From assembly GCA_965228735.1 (NCBI GenBank), contig OZ245838.1, positions 2,432,001 through 2,496,000 on the forward strand: a DNA stretch of 64,000 nucleotides. The letters are read 5' to 3'. The notes beneath the pieces were generated by a model. That model had not been told where the DNA came from. It was given only the letters and a program-made list of their open reading frames with translations, and ran no database searches. Below, one piece after another: positions 8,909-17,859 of the stretch; within the stretch, counting starts at the first letter, position 1, and each line of letters opens with the position of its first letter. The translations under genes and the position numbers were made by a program. Source of the stretch: Planctomycetota bacterium. Its GTDB lineage: Bacteria > Planctomycetota > UBA1135 > UBA2386.

Positions 8909-9571
8909 ATGTTGGTCCAGAACCCGCCAACGGGCCCCGCGAGTGCGAGTCGCGTGGACGCCCCGGCCGTCCCCCTCATCAACGTCGTCGAAGACGAGGC
9001 CGCCATCCAGGCGCTGTTCCGTAACATCGGCCGGATAGCCGGTTACGACGTCGCGACCTACAGCACGGTGGCCGAGTTCCAGAACTCGTTCGACAGCTCC
9101 CGCCTCGGCTGCATCGTCCTCGACCTCAACCTGCCGGACGGCTCGGGCATCGAGATCCTCGAGGGCCTGGCCGAGCAAGGCAACGACATGCCGGTCGTCT
9201 TCATGAGCGGCATCGCGCGGGTCTCCGAGGCCATCGCCGCGTTCCGCCTCGGCACGCTCGACTTCGTCGAGAAGCCGTTCGACCTCGACACCATGCTCGC
9301 CGCGCTGCAGCGCGCGATCGACACCGACAAGAAGCGCCGCGAGTCGGACGCGAGCCTCGAGACGGTCCGCACCCGCTTCGACCGCCTCAGCCCACGCGAA
9401 TGCCAGGTCATGGAGTTCGTCGTGCAGGGCTCGGCCAACAAGGAGATCGCAGCGCGGCTCGGACTCAGCCCGAAGACCATCGAGGTCCACCGCGCGAACG
9501 TGATGCGCAAGTCGGAGGCCAACTCGGTCGCCGAGCTCGTGCGCATGCACGTGCAGCTGACCAACAGCTGA
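8909..9571 (+). CDS. FixJ/LuxR-family response regulator (orphan)
   Basis: Receiver domain (VEDE, LDLNLPD, FMSG, KPF) plus LuxR HTH (LSPRE...NKEIA..LGLSPKTIEVHRANVMRK). Confidence 0.93.
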   Translation: MLVQNPPTGPASASRVDAPAVPLINVVEDEAAIQALFRNIGRIAGYDVATYSTVAEFQNSFDSSRLGCIVLDLNLPDGSGIEILEGLAEQGNDMPVVFMSGIARVSEAIAAFRLGTLDFVEKPFDLDTMLAALQRAIDTDKKRRESDASLETVRTRFDRLSPRECQVMEFVVQGSANKEIAARLGLSPKTIEVHRANVMRKSEANSVAELVRMHVQLTNS

Positions 9572-9584
9572 CCACTGTGCGCGC

Positions 9585-9621
9585 TCCACGGCGCCGCGTC
9601 GAGCGGTCGCGGCGCCGTGGA
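9585..9621. terminator. Perfect 14-bp GC hairpin between convergent genes
   Basis: TCCACGGCGCCGCG - 9 nt loop - CGCGGCGCCGTGGA. There is no U-tract, so terminator function is inferred from position only. Confidence 0.5.
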
Positions 9622-9673
9622 CCGCGCTCGGCTTCCCCCGGTCGGTAGAGCAGCCGGCCAGTAAAGCAGCCGG

Positions 9674-10441
9674 TCAGTAGAGCAGCGTCGCGAGCCGACG
9701 ACGGTACGCGTCCAGCCGTTCGTCCTCTTCCCCGACGGCCGCGAAGCACAGCAGCATCGCCTTGCGCGCGAGGCCATCGCGGAACGTCTTGTCCGCGGTG
9801 ACCGACGCGAGGATGCGCTCCATCGCCGGCTCGTAGTCGCGCACGAGGTAGTGCTCGCGCGCCGCCGCGAGCGCGGCTTCCGCCTCGTCGCCGCTGTCGG
9901 ACAGCGTCGCCTCGAGCCATTCGACGCCGCTGACCAGACGCTGGGCCTGATCGAACTCGAGTTCTTCCTCCTCCGGGAAGCCGTCGATGCCCTCGCGAAC
10001 GGCCGCGGCCTGCCCCTCGCGCGCGGCCGCCAGCATGCGGGCCAGCCGCGCCTTGGCGCTGTCCGGATCGACCTCTTCTTCCTCAGGCTCGGCGGCACCC
10101 GCGGACGCGATGCCGTGCTTGGTCAGAAACTGCCGCACCTCGGCCTCGGGCAAGGCCCCCTGGAAGCCGTCGGCCGGTCGCCCGTCCTTGACGAGCACGC
10201 AGAACGGAATGCCCTGCACCCCGAACGCGTAGGCCAGGTCCTGCTCCGTGTCGGAGTTGACCTTCCCGAGCGTGAACGCGCCGCCGTACTCGGCCGCGAG
10301 CTTCTCGAGCACCGGGCCGAGCGTCTTGCACGGGCCGCACCACTCCGCCCAGAAGTCGAGGAGAACGGGCGTCGTCGTCGTGCCCTCCACCACTTGCTGG
10401 AAGTTGGCGGCGGTGACATCGATCACGTGGGGACCTGCCAT
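9674..10441 (-). CDS. Thioredoxin-TPR chaperedoxin (YbbN/CnoX-like)
   Basis: LDFWAEWCGPCK, helical C-terminus ending YRRRLATLLY. Confidence 0.88.
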   Translation of the reverse strand: MAGPHVIDVTAANFQQVVEGTTTTPVLLDFWAEWCGPCKTLGPVLEKLAAEYGGAFTLGKVNSDTEQDLAYAFGVQGIPFCVLVKDGRPADGFQGALPEAEVRQFLTKHGIASAGAAEPEEEEVDPDSAKARLARMLAAAREGQAAAVREGIDGFPEEEELEFDQAQRLVSGVEWLEATLSDSGDEAEAALAAAREHYLVRDYEPAMERILASVTADKTFRDGLARKAMLLCFAAVGEEDERLDAYRRRLATLLY

Positions 10442-10538
10442 GACGCCGTTCGTAGGTCGCGGAGCCGGGCCGGTCAACGGCGATGTCGCGGCGGCGCGGT
10501 CGGAACCCGGCGCGGCCGCCGATCAGAACGCCCGACGG

Positions 10539-12038
10539 TCAGAACGAACCGACCGTGATGGCGAGCGCGTTGGACCCGCTCAGCGACGATAGCCCGCCGA
10601 GCGGACCGAGGTCGAGCTGCAAGAACTGGTGCACGAGCTGCTGCCCGGCGAGCGCGGGGTCGCGCGGGATCGCGAACCCGTGCCCGGCCGAGCCGTTGAC
10701 CGGCGCGACGAGCGCAACGGCGTCGGTGGTGGCCAGCAGATCACAGCCCGCGATCCCGCTCGGGTGCAGGGCCGACAACGGCGTCGCCTGCTGACCGAAC
10801 CCGACGACGAGCACTGCGAGCGCCGAGCCGGCGAATCCGCTCGCCTGCGAACGAAACTCCCCGCCGGCCCACGCCTGCCGCGTCACTGCCAGCGTGACCG
10901 GCCCGGCCGGCCCGACGCAACCGGTCGGGATCGTCGTCGCCGACGCCGGGCAGTTGGTCGTGATCAGCGCGACGCCGCGCGACGGCTGGCCGCCGACGAA
11001 GCTGAACTCGCCGGCCAGCGCGACCTCACCGTTCTCCGTCACCGTCGCCTCCCAGACCCGCGCGTTGACGCCCGTGCCGATCGCCCCCCACGCCGCGCCG
11101 TCGAAGCGCGCCACGCCGACGATCGAGACGCCACTGATCGAACTGAAGCTGCCGGCCGCGATGAGGTCACCGTTCGGCAGTTCGTCGAGCGAGCGGACGT
11201 CGGCGTTGAACGAACCCGGGTAGCCCGACCAGCTGCTGCCGTCCCAGCGCGCCACACCGCTCACCGCGACACCCCCGGCCGAGGAGAAGACCCCGCAAGC
11301 CACGATGTCGCCGGCCGCGGTCTCGATCACGTCGTAGCCCGTGCCGTTGAACCCGCCGCCGACGCCGCTCCACGCCGCGCCGTCCCAGCGCGCGATGTGC
11401 GCAGCGGGCACGCCGCCGACGTTCTGGAACTCGCCGACCGCATAGATGTCGCCGTTCTGCGCGGTCCGCATCGCGGTCACCCAGTCGTCGAACATGCCGC
11501 CGAGCTGATTCCAGGCAGTGCCGTCCCAGTGCATCACCGTGCACGTGCGAACGCCGCCCCCGCTCACGTTGCCGTCGACGACGAGGTCACCGTTCGGCAG
11601 CGTCGCCATCGCGCTGAAGTTGGGCATGTGACCAGGAACGGGCTCGGCCCCCGAACCGATCGGCGACCAGGACGTACCGTCCCAACGTGCGAAGTGGGTC
11701 GCGGTCGCGCCGCCCGCCGTCGTGAACAAGCCACCCGCCATGACGTCGCCGCCCGGCATGAGCAGCAGCGTGCCGACCGTGTTGTTCATGCCCGACCCGA
11801 GCGCGTTCCAGGAGCTGCCGTCCCACCGCGCGATGTAGCTGGCCGGCACGCCACCGGCGGCCGTGAACGCGCCACCGACGACGTGATCGCCGCCTGGCAG
11901 CGCGAGCGCGGAATAGCCGCGCATGCCGAAGAACAGCCCCCCGCCGGTCAGCCCGCCGAGCCCCTGGGTCGTGGTGGTGCATTGCGCACTGACGTGGGCG
12001 GCGAGGAGAACGAACGAAACGGCAGCGGTGCGAAGCAT
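10539..12038 (-). CDS. Secreted beta-propeller repeat protein (ARWDGxxW repeats) with the shared C-terminal module
   Basis: Signal peptide MLRTAAVSFVLLAAHVSAQ; repeats LPNGDLxxxGxF...ARWDGxxW; ends IPRDPALAG..HQ..SNALAITVGSF. Confidence 0.8.
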   Translation of the reverse strand: MLRTAAVSFVLLAAHVSAQCTTTTQGLGGLTGGGLFFGMRGYSALALPGGDHVVGGAFTAAGGVPASYIARWDGSSWNALGSGMNNTVGTLLLMPGGDVMAGGLFTTAGGATATHFARWDGTSWSPIGSGAEPVPGHMPNFSAMATLPNGDLVVDGNVSGGGVRTCTVMHWDGTAWNQLGGMFDDWVTAMRTAQNGDIYAVGEFQNVGGVPAAHIARWDGAAWSGVGGGFNGTGYDVIETAAGDIVACGVFSSAGGVAVSGVARWDGSSWSGYPGSFNADVRSLDELPNGDLIAAGSFSSISGVSIVGVARFDGAAWGAIGTGVNARVWEATVTENGEVALAGEFSFVGGQPSRGVALITTNCPASATTIPTGCVGPAGPVTLAVTRQAWAGGEFRSQASGFAGSALAVLVVGFGQQATPLSALHPSGIAGCDLLATTDAVALVAPVNGSAGHGFAIPRDPALAGQQLVHQFLQLDLGPLGGLSSLSGSNALAITVGSF

Positions 12039-12462
12039 TGATCGGCCTTGGGTCGTCGGGTCACGGACCAAAGGGCGGGTGCAAGCACCCGCTGGCGATC
12101 ACACGGTTTGTTCGGTTTCCGGCCGAGAACCGCCCGTTGTTGTTACGCCACCCACACGATCGGCCGAGATCGGAACGACTCTCCCCCCCTTTCAGGCCCC
12201 GAATCCCGGTTGGCACGGGAGTTGTTCTGTGTGGGTTGCCGGTCCGAGACCACCAAGTATTCCCAGGGATGGAATGCGTGAGAGAGGCGACCAAAGGTCT
12301 CGGGCCGGCACGTTTTTTCGGCGCGTGCCGGTGCTCTCCACCGAGCCCGCCATCAGCGCCGTGCGACCCCGACTGCCGACTGTCAGGCGGGGACTGTCGC
12401 CCGAAGCAGAGGTGGCTCCGTTCTGCCGAACCATGGTGGGTCCGATCAGGTGCCCGCGAACA

Positions 12463-12939
12463 TCATTCTTCCCCGCAGGAACTGGGAGATGACGCAGCAC
12501 CGCCAGTTGCGAGCGCGCGGCGCTTGCGCGTCGTGTACCAGACCGCGCCGACCGCGGCGAACGCCGAGAGCAGCGGAATCGCGAGGATGCCGAGTTCCTC
12601 GTAGCGAAACGGTGCGGGCAGCGCACCCGCACTCACGACCAAGAACGCAAGCCAGGTTGTCCGGTCGCGGGCACGCCCTCGCAGAAACGGTGCGACAGCG
12701 ATCAGCAGTAGCGCTGCGTGGAAGATCACGAACCCAGGTGGACTCTTGTCCCACGCGTACTGAAGCGACCATTCGAACCGAAACGCCCAGACCAGAAACA
12801 CGTGCGGCACGATCAAGAGTACGGTGAGCACCCCGAGTACGGGCCAGCGACGCCCGGCGATGCGCAGAGCGGTGTCCTTTGCGAGGACGATGTAGCCAGC
12901 GATCGCAAGGCCGAACGTGATTGCGTTGTGGTCGAGCAC
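12463..12939 (-). CDS. Hypothetical integral membrane protein
   Basis: About five hydrophobic segments in 158 aa. Confidence 0.6.
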   Translation of the reverse strand: MLDHNAITFGLAIAGYIVLAKDTALRIAGRRWPVLGVLTVLLIVPHVFLVWAFRFEWSLQYAWDKSPPGFVIFHAALLLIAVAPFLRGRARDRTTWLAFLVVSAGALPAPFRYEELGILAIPLLSAFAAVGAVWYTTRKRRALATGGAASSPSSCGEE

Positions 12940-13028
12940 GTGTCTTCAAGAGAGCCGTCGAAGGGTGCCAGGTCTGCACGGCATGACCGCAGCCACGCGG
13001 CCCCGAAACGACGGGTCGAAACGCGCAC

Positions 13029-13253
13029 TCAAGCGCGCCGTTGGTAGTCGGTGCAGTTTCTGATGTGGACCTCGTTCTTGAACGTCTCCGTCGATCCCCA
13101 CACGCAGAGGGAGCCGTCCGAGAAGAGCTTCTTGCAGTGATTGCACGTCGCGCACCGGGTGTCGGAACCGTCAGCGCTCGTCGTGCACCGGAACAGCAAC
13201 CAGAGCACGAGTCCTACCAGCGCCAGGCCAGCGATCTGCAGCAGGATGACCAT
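13029..13253 (-). CDS. Small membrane-anchored Cys-rich protein
   Basis: N-terminal TM helix, then CATCNHC...C...C; 74 aa. Confidence 0.6.
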   Translation of the reverse strand: MVILLQIAGLALVGLVLWLLFRCTTSADGSDTRCATCNHCKKLFSDGSLCVWGSTETFKNEVHIRNCTDYQRRA

Positions 13254-13303
13254 GTGGCCCCCATCGTAACAGAGCACTGCTGGCAGTCGGGCGATCGGCC
13301 GTC

Positions 13304-14887
13304 CTACCTATCGCGTACGCGACCGTAGCTCGCCGGCGCGCCCGCGGCCGGCGTCGAGGCCTCGATGAACTCCCGGATGTGCTGATTCGACGTCGCGAGG
13401 TCCTCGGCGCGCAGATACATCATGTGGCCGCTCTCGTAGCCCTCGAAGCGCATCCTGTCCTTCAGCCGGCCGCTGCGATCCAGGTTCCAGAGCACGTACT
13501 TGCCGGTGAAGTAGTCGGTCGCACCGTCGTAGTAGCCCGACTGCACCATGACGTGCAGGTACGGGTTCTGGGCCATCGCGCGCCGCAGCTCCTCGGCGAC
13601 GTCGTGCTCGTTGCGGCCCTCCCACGGATGGACCGGGCCGAACAGGTAGTATTGGAGATCGGTGTCGAACCCGAGCTCCTCGCGCAGGTAGTGATTGATC
13701 GCCGGTGCGAACGCGTGGTTCCAGGAGGTGAGCTCCGCCGGGTAGTCGTAGCGCTCGCCGGCGTCCTTGTGATCCCGACCAAGGTAACGCGAGTCGAGCC
13801 GCCCGATGGTGAAGCCCTCGTCGCGCAGCAGCTCTTTCCAGAACGCAGACGCGGGCACCGCCAGGTTGTGGTCGTGCACGAAGTCGACGGCGAGTCCGGA
13901 GTACCGCGCGACCTTGCGGGCGATCTCGTCGCGCGTCGCGGCGTCCAGGAAGCCCCCCTTGGAGATCGCCGGCAGGTATTCGTCCAGCGTGAAGGCTTCG
14001 GCCGCAGCGAGCAGCTCGGCGAGCTCCAGACTCTGGAGATCGGCGGCCAGCTGGCCGTGGTAGTGCGCGGCCGCGGCGTAGTAGGGCAGCTTGAGCACCG
14101 GCGAGCGCGGTGCCGGGCCCTCGGCGACCATGCCGAGACCGGTCGGCGACACCAGGATCACCCCGTTCAGATACATCCAGTGCCGGTCCTGGAGCCGGGC
14201 GGCCAGACCCGAGACCCGGGTCGTGCCGTAGCTCTCGCCGATCAGATACTTGGGCGAGCGCCACCGACCCCGGCGCGAGATGAAGACATCGATCCAAGCG
14301 GCGAGATAGGTGATGTCGGCCTCGACGCCGAAGAAGGTCTTGCGGTCGACCTCGTCGTCGAGCACGCGCGAGAACCCGGTGTTCGCCGGGTTGACGTAGA
14401 CGATGTCCGCGACGTCGAGGATCGAGTGCGGGTTGTCACGCACGCCATACGGCTGCACCGGGTATCCCTCGTCGTCGATCACCAGCTGTTTGGGACTCGT
14501 GTATCCGAGGTGCATCCAGAGCGAACCCGAGCCCGGGCCGCCGTTGAACGACACGAAGATCGGTCGGCGCGTGTCGTCCTTGACGTCGGTGCGCTCGTAG
14601 TAGGTGTAGTGCAGCGCGGCGACCGTCTTGCCATCGTCGCCGTAGACCGGCTGGGCGCCGGTGGTCACCCGGTAGGGCACCCGCTGGCCGCGGATCGTGA
14701 CCTCGGCAGTCTTGCTGAGCTCGAAGTCGGCTTCGAGCTTGCGCGCGGGCAGGTCGGACGGCTTCGAGCCCGACTTCACCTCGCCCATGCTCGGTTCTTG
14801 CGCCACGCCGGGCGTCGGCGCGGCGAGTCCCAAGGTCGCCCAGAGGGTCGTGACGATCAGAGGGGATCGGTAGGGAAACTCGGCCAT
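13304..14887 (-). CDS. Peptidase S10 (serine carboxypeptidase) family, secreted
   Basis: FNGGPGSGS, GESYG nucleophile motif, GYYD, GHMMY; signal peptide. Confidence 0.92.
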   Translation of the reverse strand: MAEFPYRSPLIVTTLWATLGLAAPTPGVAQEPSMGEVKSGSKPSDLPARKLEADFELSKTAEVTIRGQRVPYRVTTGAQPVYGDDGKTVAALHYTYYERTDVKDDTRRPIFVSFNGGPGSGSLWMHLGYTSPKQLVIDDEGYPVQPYGVRDNPHSILDVADIVYVNPANTGFSRVLDDEVDRKTFFGVEADITYLAAWIDVFISRRGRWRSPKYLIGESYGTTRVSGLAARLQDRHWMYLNGVILVSPTGLGMVAEGPAPRSPVLKLPYYAAAAHYHGQLAADLQSLELAELLAAAEAFTLDEYLPAISKGGFLDAATRDEIARKVARYSGLAVDFVHDHNLAVPASAFWKELLRDEGFTIGRLDSRYLGRDHKDAGERYDYPAELTSWNHAFAPAINHYLREELGFDTDLQYYLFGPVHPWEGRNEHDVAEELRRAMAQNPYLHVMVQSGYYDGATDYFTGKYVLWNLDRSGRLKDRMRFEGYESGHMMYLRAEDLATSNQHIREFIEASTPAAGAPASYGRVRDR

Positions 14888-15211
14888 GGCATGGACTCCT
14901 GCAGGTGGTCGACGACGCGGCGTGCGTCGCGGCGCCCGCAGAGGCTAGCAAACGAATGCGCCACCGGCGCCGTCTACTCCTCCAGCCTCTGTCGCAACAC
15001 GAGCACATCTTCATTCCCCCTGCCGTGCGCGAACTCTGCGCCGATTCGTCGCGTCGTTCTGATCAAGCCCCCACCACCCAAGAGGAACCTGCGGCGGCGG
15101 AACCACAACGGCTCGACGCTTCGGCGACTGCATGCCTCGATCGGTACGCTCAGCATGCAACTCACGCGATAGCTCGGACGGGCGCGAGCGCGGGCCCGGT
15201 TCCGTGATTCG

Positions 15212-16630
15212 CTACGGGAAGATCCCCCGCTCCGCGTAACTCTCCGCGATCTTACCGATCGCGACGGCCAGCGCCGCGGCGCGGTTGTCGGTGTTCCAAC
15301 GCTTGGCGCCTTCTCGCATCTGCTGGAATCCCGAGACCATCGTCTCCTCGAGGCCGGAGCGGACGAGGTCGCCCTCGGAAGCGCCGACCGACAGCTCGTT
15401 GACCAGTCCCGGGTCGAAGCTGTCGCCCGTGAGCTCTTCGACCGCCTTCAGCACGCCCCGGATCGACGAGCCGGCGAACCGCCGCTCCATCCGGCCGAAA
15501 CGGATGTGACTGAGGTTCTTGAGCCACTCGAAGTACGACACCGTGACGCCGCCGGCATTGAGGTAGAGATCGGGCAACACGAGGATGCCGCGCTCCTGCA
15601 GGATCGTGCCGGCCTCGGCCGTCGTCGGGCCATTGGCGGCCTCGGCGACGATGCGCGCCTGAATGCGCCGCGCGATGTCGGGCACGATCATGTTCTCGAG
15701 CGCCGCCGGCAGCAGGATGTCGCACGGCCAGGTCAGACCTTCGACGCCGTCCTTGCCACCCTCGATCTTGGTCTTGCCGTCGAACTCGAGCATCGAGCCG
15801 CCCTCGGCCCGCCGCGCGGCGATCGCCTCGAAGTCGAGCCCCTCCGGGTCGTAGAGCGCGCCCTCGAACTCGAGGATGCCGACGATCCGCGCGCCCTCGG
15901 CCGCGAGGCAGCGCGCGGCGTGCAGGCCGACGTTGCCGAGACCCTGGATCACGACGGTCTTGCCTTCGAGCCCCAGCGACAGACCGAGTTCCTGCATCGA
16001 TTCGGCCTCGGCGACCGTCTCCCGAATGCCGAAGTACACGCCGAGCCCGGTTGCCTCGACGCGGCCCCGCACGCCGCCCTGCGACACCGGCTTGCCCGTG
16101 ACGCAGCCCGCGGCGCCGAGCTCGCCGCGCGACATCGCGAAGTAGGTGTCCGCCATCCACGACAGCTCCCGGGCACCGACCCCCATGTCCGGTCCCGGCA
16201 CATCGACGCCGGGGCCGATGCAGTTGCGCAGCGTCAGCTCGTAGGTGAACCGGCGCATGATCCGCTCGAGCTCTTCGTCGCTGTAGCTCGACTTGTCGAT
16301 CTTGATCGCACCCTTCGCGCCGCCGTACGGAACGTCGACGAGCGCGCACTTGTAGCTCATCAGCGCGGCGAGCGCGGAGACCTCGTCCTCGGACGCCTGG
16401 GTGGTCAAGCGGATGCCGCCCTTCACGGGCTGCCGATGCAGCGAGTGGTGCGCGCGCCAGCCGTGGATCACTTCGATCCTGCCATCGTCCCGCTCGAGCG
16501 GGAAGGAGATGTGGTAGACGGCGTTGCAGGCCTTGATCTGCTCGGCGAGACCCGCCGGCAGATTGAGCAGCGCCGCGGCGCGGTCGAACTGCAGGTTGAC
16601 CTGCTCGAAGAACGGGATGTGGGCGGTCAT
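15212..16630 (-). CDS. gdhA: Glutamate dehydrogenase (Glu/Leu/Phe/Val dehydrogenase family)
   Basis: KGGIR, MSYKCA, PYGGAKG, VTGKP..GG..GR.EATG, QGLGNVG, EAANGP, NAGGVTVSYFEW. Confidence 0.92.
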   Translation of the reverse strand: MTAHIPFFEQVNLQFDRAAALLNLPAGLAEQIKACNAVYHISFPLERDDGRIEVIHGWRAHHSLHRQPVKGGIRLTTQASEDEVSALAALMSYKCALVDVPYGGAKGAIKIDKSSYSDEELERIMRRFTYELTLRNCIGPGVDVPGPDMGVGARELSWMADTYFAMSRGELGAAGCVTGKPVSQGGVRGRVEATGLGVYFGIRETVAEAESMQELGLSLGLEGKTVVIQGLGNVGLHAARCLAAEGARIVGILEFEGALYDPEGLDFEAIAARRAEGGSMLEFDGKTKIEGGKDGVEGLTWPCDILLPAALENMIVPDIARRIQARIVAEAANGPTTAEAGTILQERGILVLPDLYLNAGGVTVSYFEWLKNLSHIRFGRMERRFAGSSIRGVLKAVEELTGDSFDPGLVNELSVGASEGDLVRSGLEETMVSGFQQMREGAKRWNTDNRAAALAVAIGKIAESYAERGIFP

Positions 16631-16850
16631 GCGGTTGCCGGGCTTTCGGTGCCGAGAGGATGGTCGCCGCCGGATCATGGCACAAGTCGCGGGGCGCAAT
16701 TCCGGCCTCGCCGGCCACGGCCCGCGCCTCGCGTCGAACCCGAGCTCGCCAGCGCGGCGCAGTCCTCGGGCTCCGCCCACGTTACGCCGGGTTCGTCCGG
16801 CAGCCGATCTTGGGTGGTGCCGAGCCCGGCGACGGCTTATCCCTCGCCCC

Positions 16851-17459
16851 ATGAGCCCCCACGCCAAACCGGACACCGAAGCCCCGATCCACGACCTGAT
16901 CGCCGCCCGTTGGAGCCCGCGGGCGTTCGAGCAACGCGCCGTCGAGCCCGAGAAACTCCGCAGCATGGTCGAGGCGGCGCGCTGGGCGCCGTCGTGTTTC
17001 AACGAACAGCCGTGGTCGTTCCTGATCGCTCACGCTGACGATCGAGCCGGGTTCGACAAGCTCGCGCAGTGTCTCGCGGACGGCAACGCGTGGGCGAAGC
17101 AGGCCCCGGTGCTCGCGCTGACGGTCGCCCGGCTGAACTTCGACCGCAACGGCAAACCCAACCGGCACGCCTACCACGACGTCGGTCTGGCCGTCGAGAA
17201 TCTCGCCCTGCAGGCCGTCGACCTCGGACTGGCCGTGCACCAGATGGGCGGGTTCGACGCCGATCAGGCGCGCCGGACGCTTTCGATCCCCGATGACCAC
17301 GATCCGGTTGCGATGTTGGCGATCGGCTACGAGGGCAGCCCCGACGCGTTGAGCGACGACCTGCGCCAGAAGGAGGTCGCCGCCAGAAGCCGGAAGGACG
17401 CCGCGTCGTTCGTATTCGGCCCGGACTGGGGCAGCAGTCCGACGGCGCTCGGCCTGTGA
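16851..17459 (+). CDS. Nitroreductase family protein
   Basis: [27 protein letters not shown]. Confidence 0.92.
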   Translation: MSPHAKPDTEAPIHDLIAARWSPRAFEQRAVEPEKLRSMVEAARWAPSCFNEQPWSFLIAHADDRAGFDKLAQCLADGNAWAKQAPVLALTVARLNFDRNGKPNRHAYHDVGLAVENLALQAVDLGLAVHQMGGFDADQARRTLSIPDDHDPVAMLAIGYEGSPDALSDDLRQKEVAARSRKDAASFVFGPDWGSSPTALGL

Positions 17460-17562
17460 CCGGCTGAGCCGTTTCGCCTGCGGCCGGGCGGCAGCGTGCG
17501 TCGCAGGCATCGCGGCATTCTCGCGGTCGACTTCCCGCGCGCGGCGTCCTATGGACCGCCCC

Positions 17563-17772
17563 ATGTCCGACCATGTCTACAAGAAGATCGAGCTCACGGG
17601 CTCGTCCGAGAACAGCATCGAAGAAGCCGTGCAGAACGCCCTGGCCCGCGCGCAGAAGACCGTTCGCAACATGCGCTGGTTCGAGGTCATCGACACGCGC
17701 GGTCACATCGATGGCGGCCAGGTCGCCCATTGGCAGGTGACCATCAAGATCGGCTTCACGCTCGACGAGTAA
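17563..17772 (+). CDS. Dodecin (flavin-binding protein)
   Basis: [24 protein letters not shown]...RWFEV...[12 protein letters not shown]. Confidence 0.93.
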   Translation: MSDHVYKKIELTGSSENSIEEAVQNALARAQKTVRNMRWFEVIDTRGHIDGGQVAHWQVTIKIGFTLDE

Positions 17773-17859
17773 CGCGCGTTCGCGGCGGTTGCCGGCGCAG
17801 CCCACAGCGAATCGACCGAGACGCTACACTTCGACGGTCGCCGCCCCGCGATCCCGCCC

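Noticed and set aside
14890..15210. Short ORFs between the S10 peptidase and GDH genes
   Set aside because: No recognisable motif or convincing codon bias.
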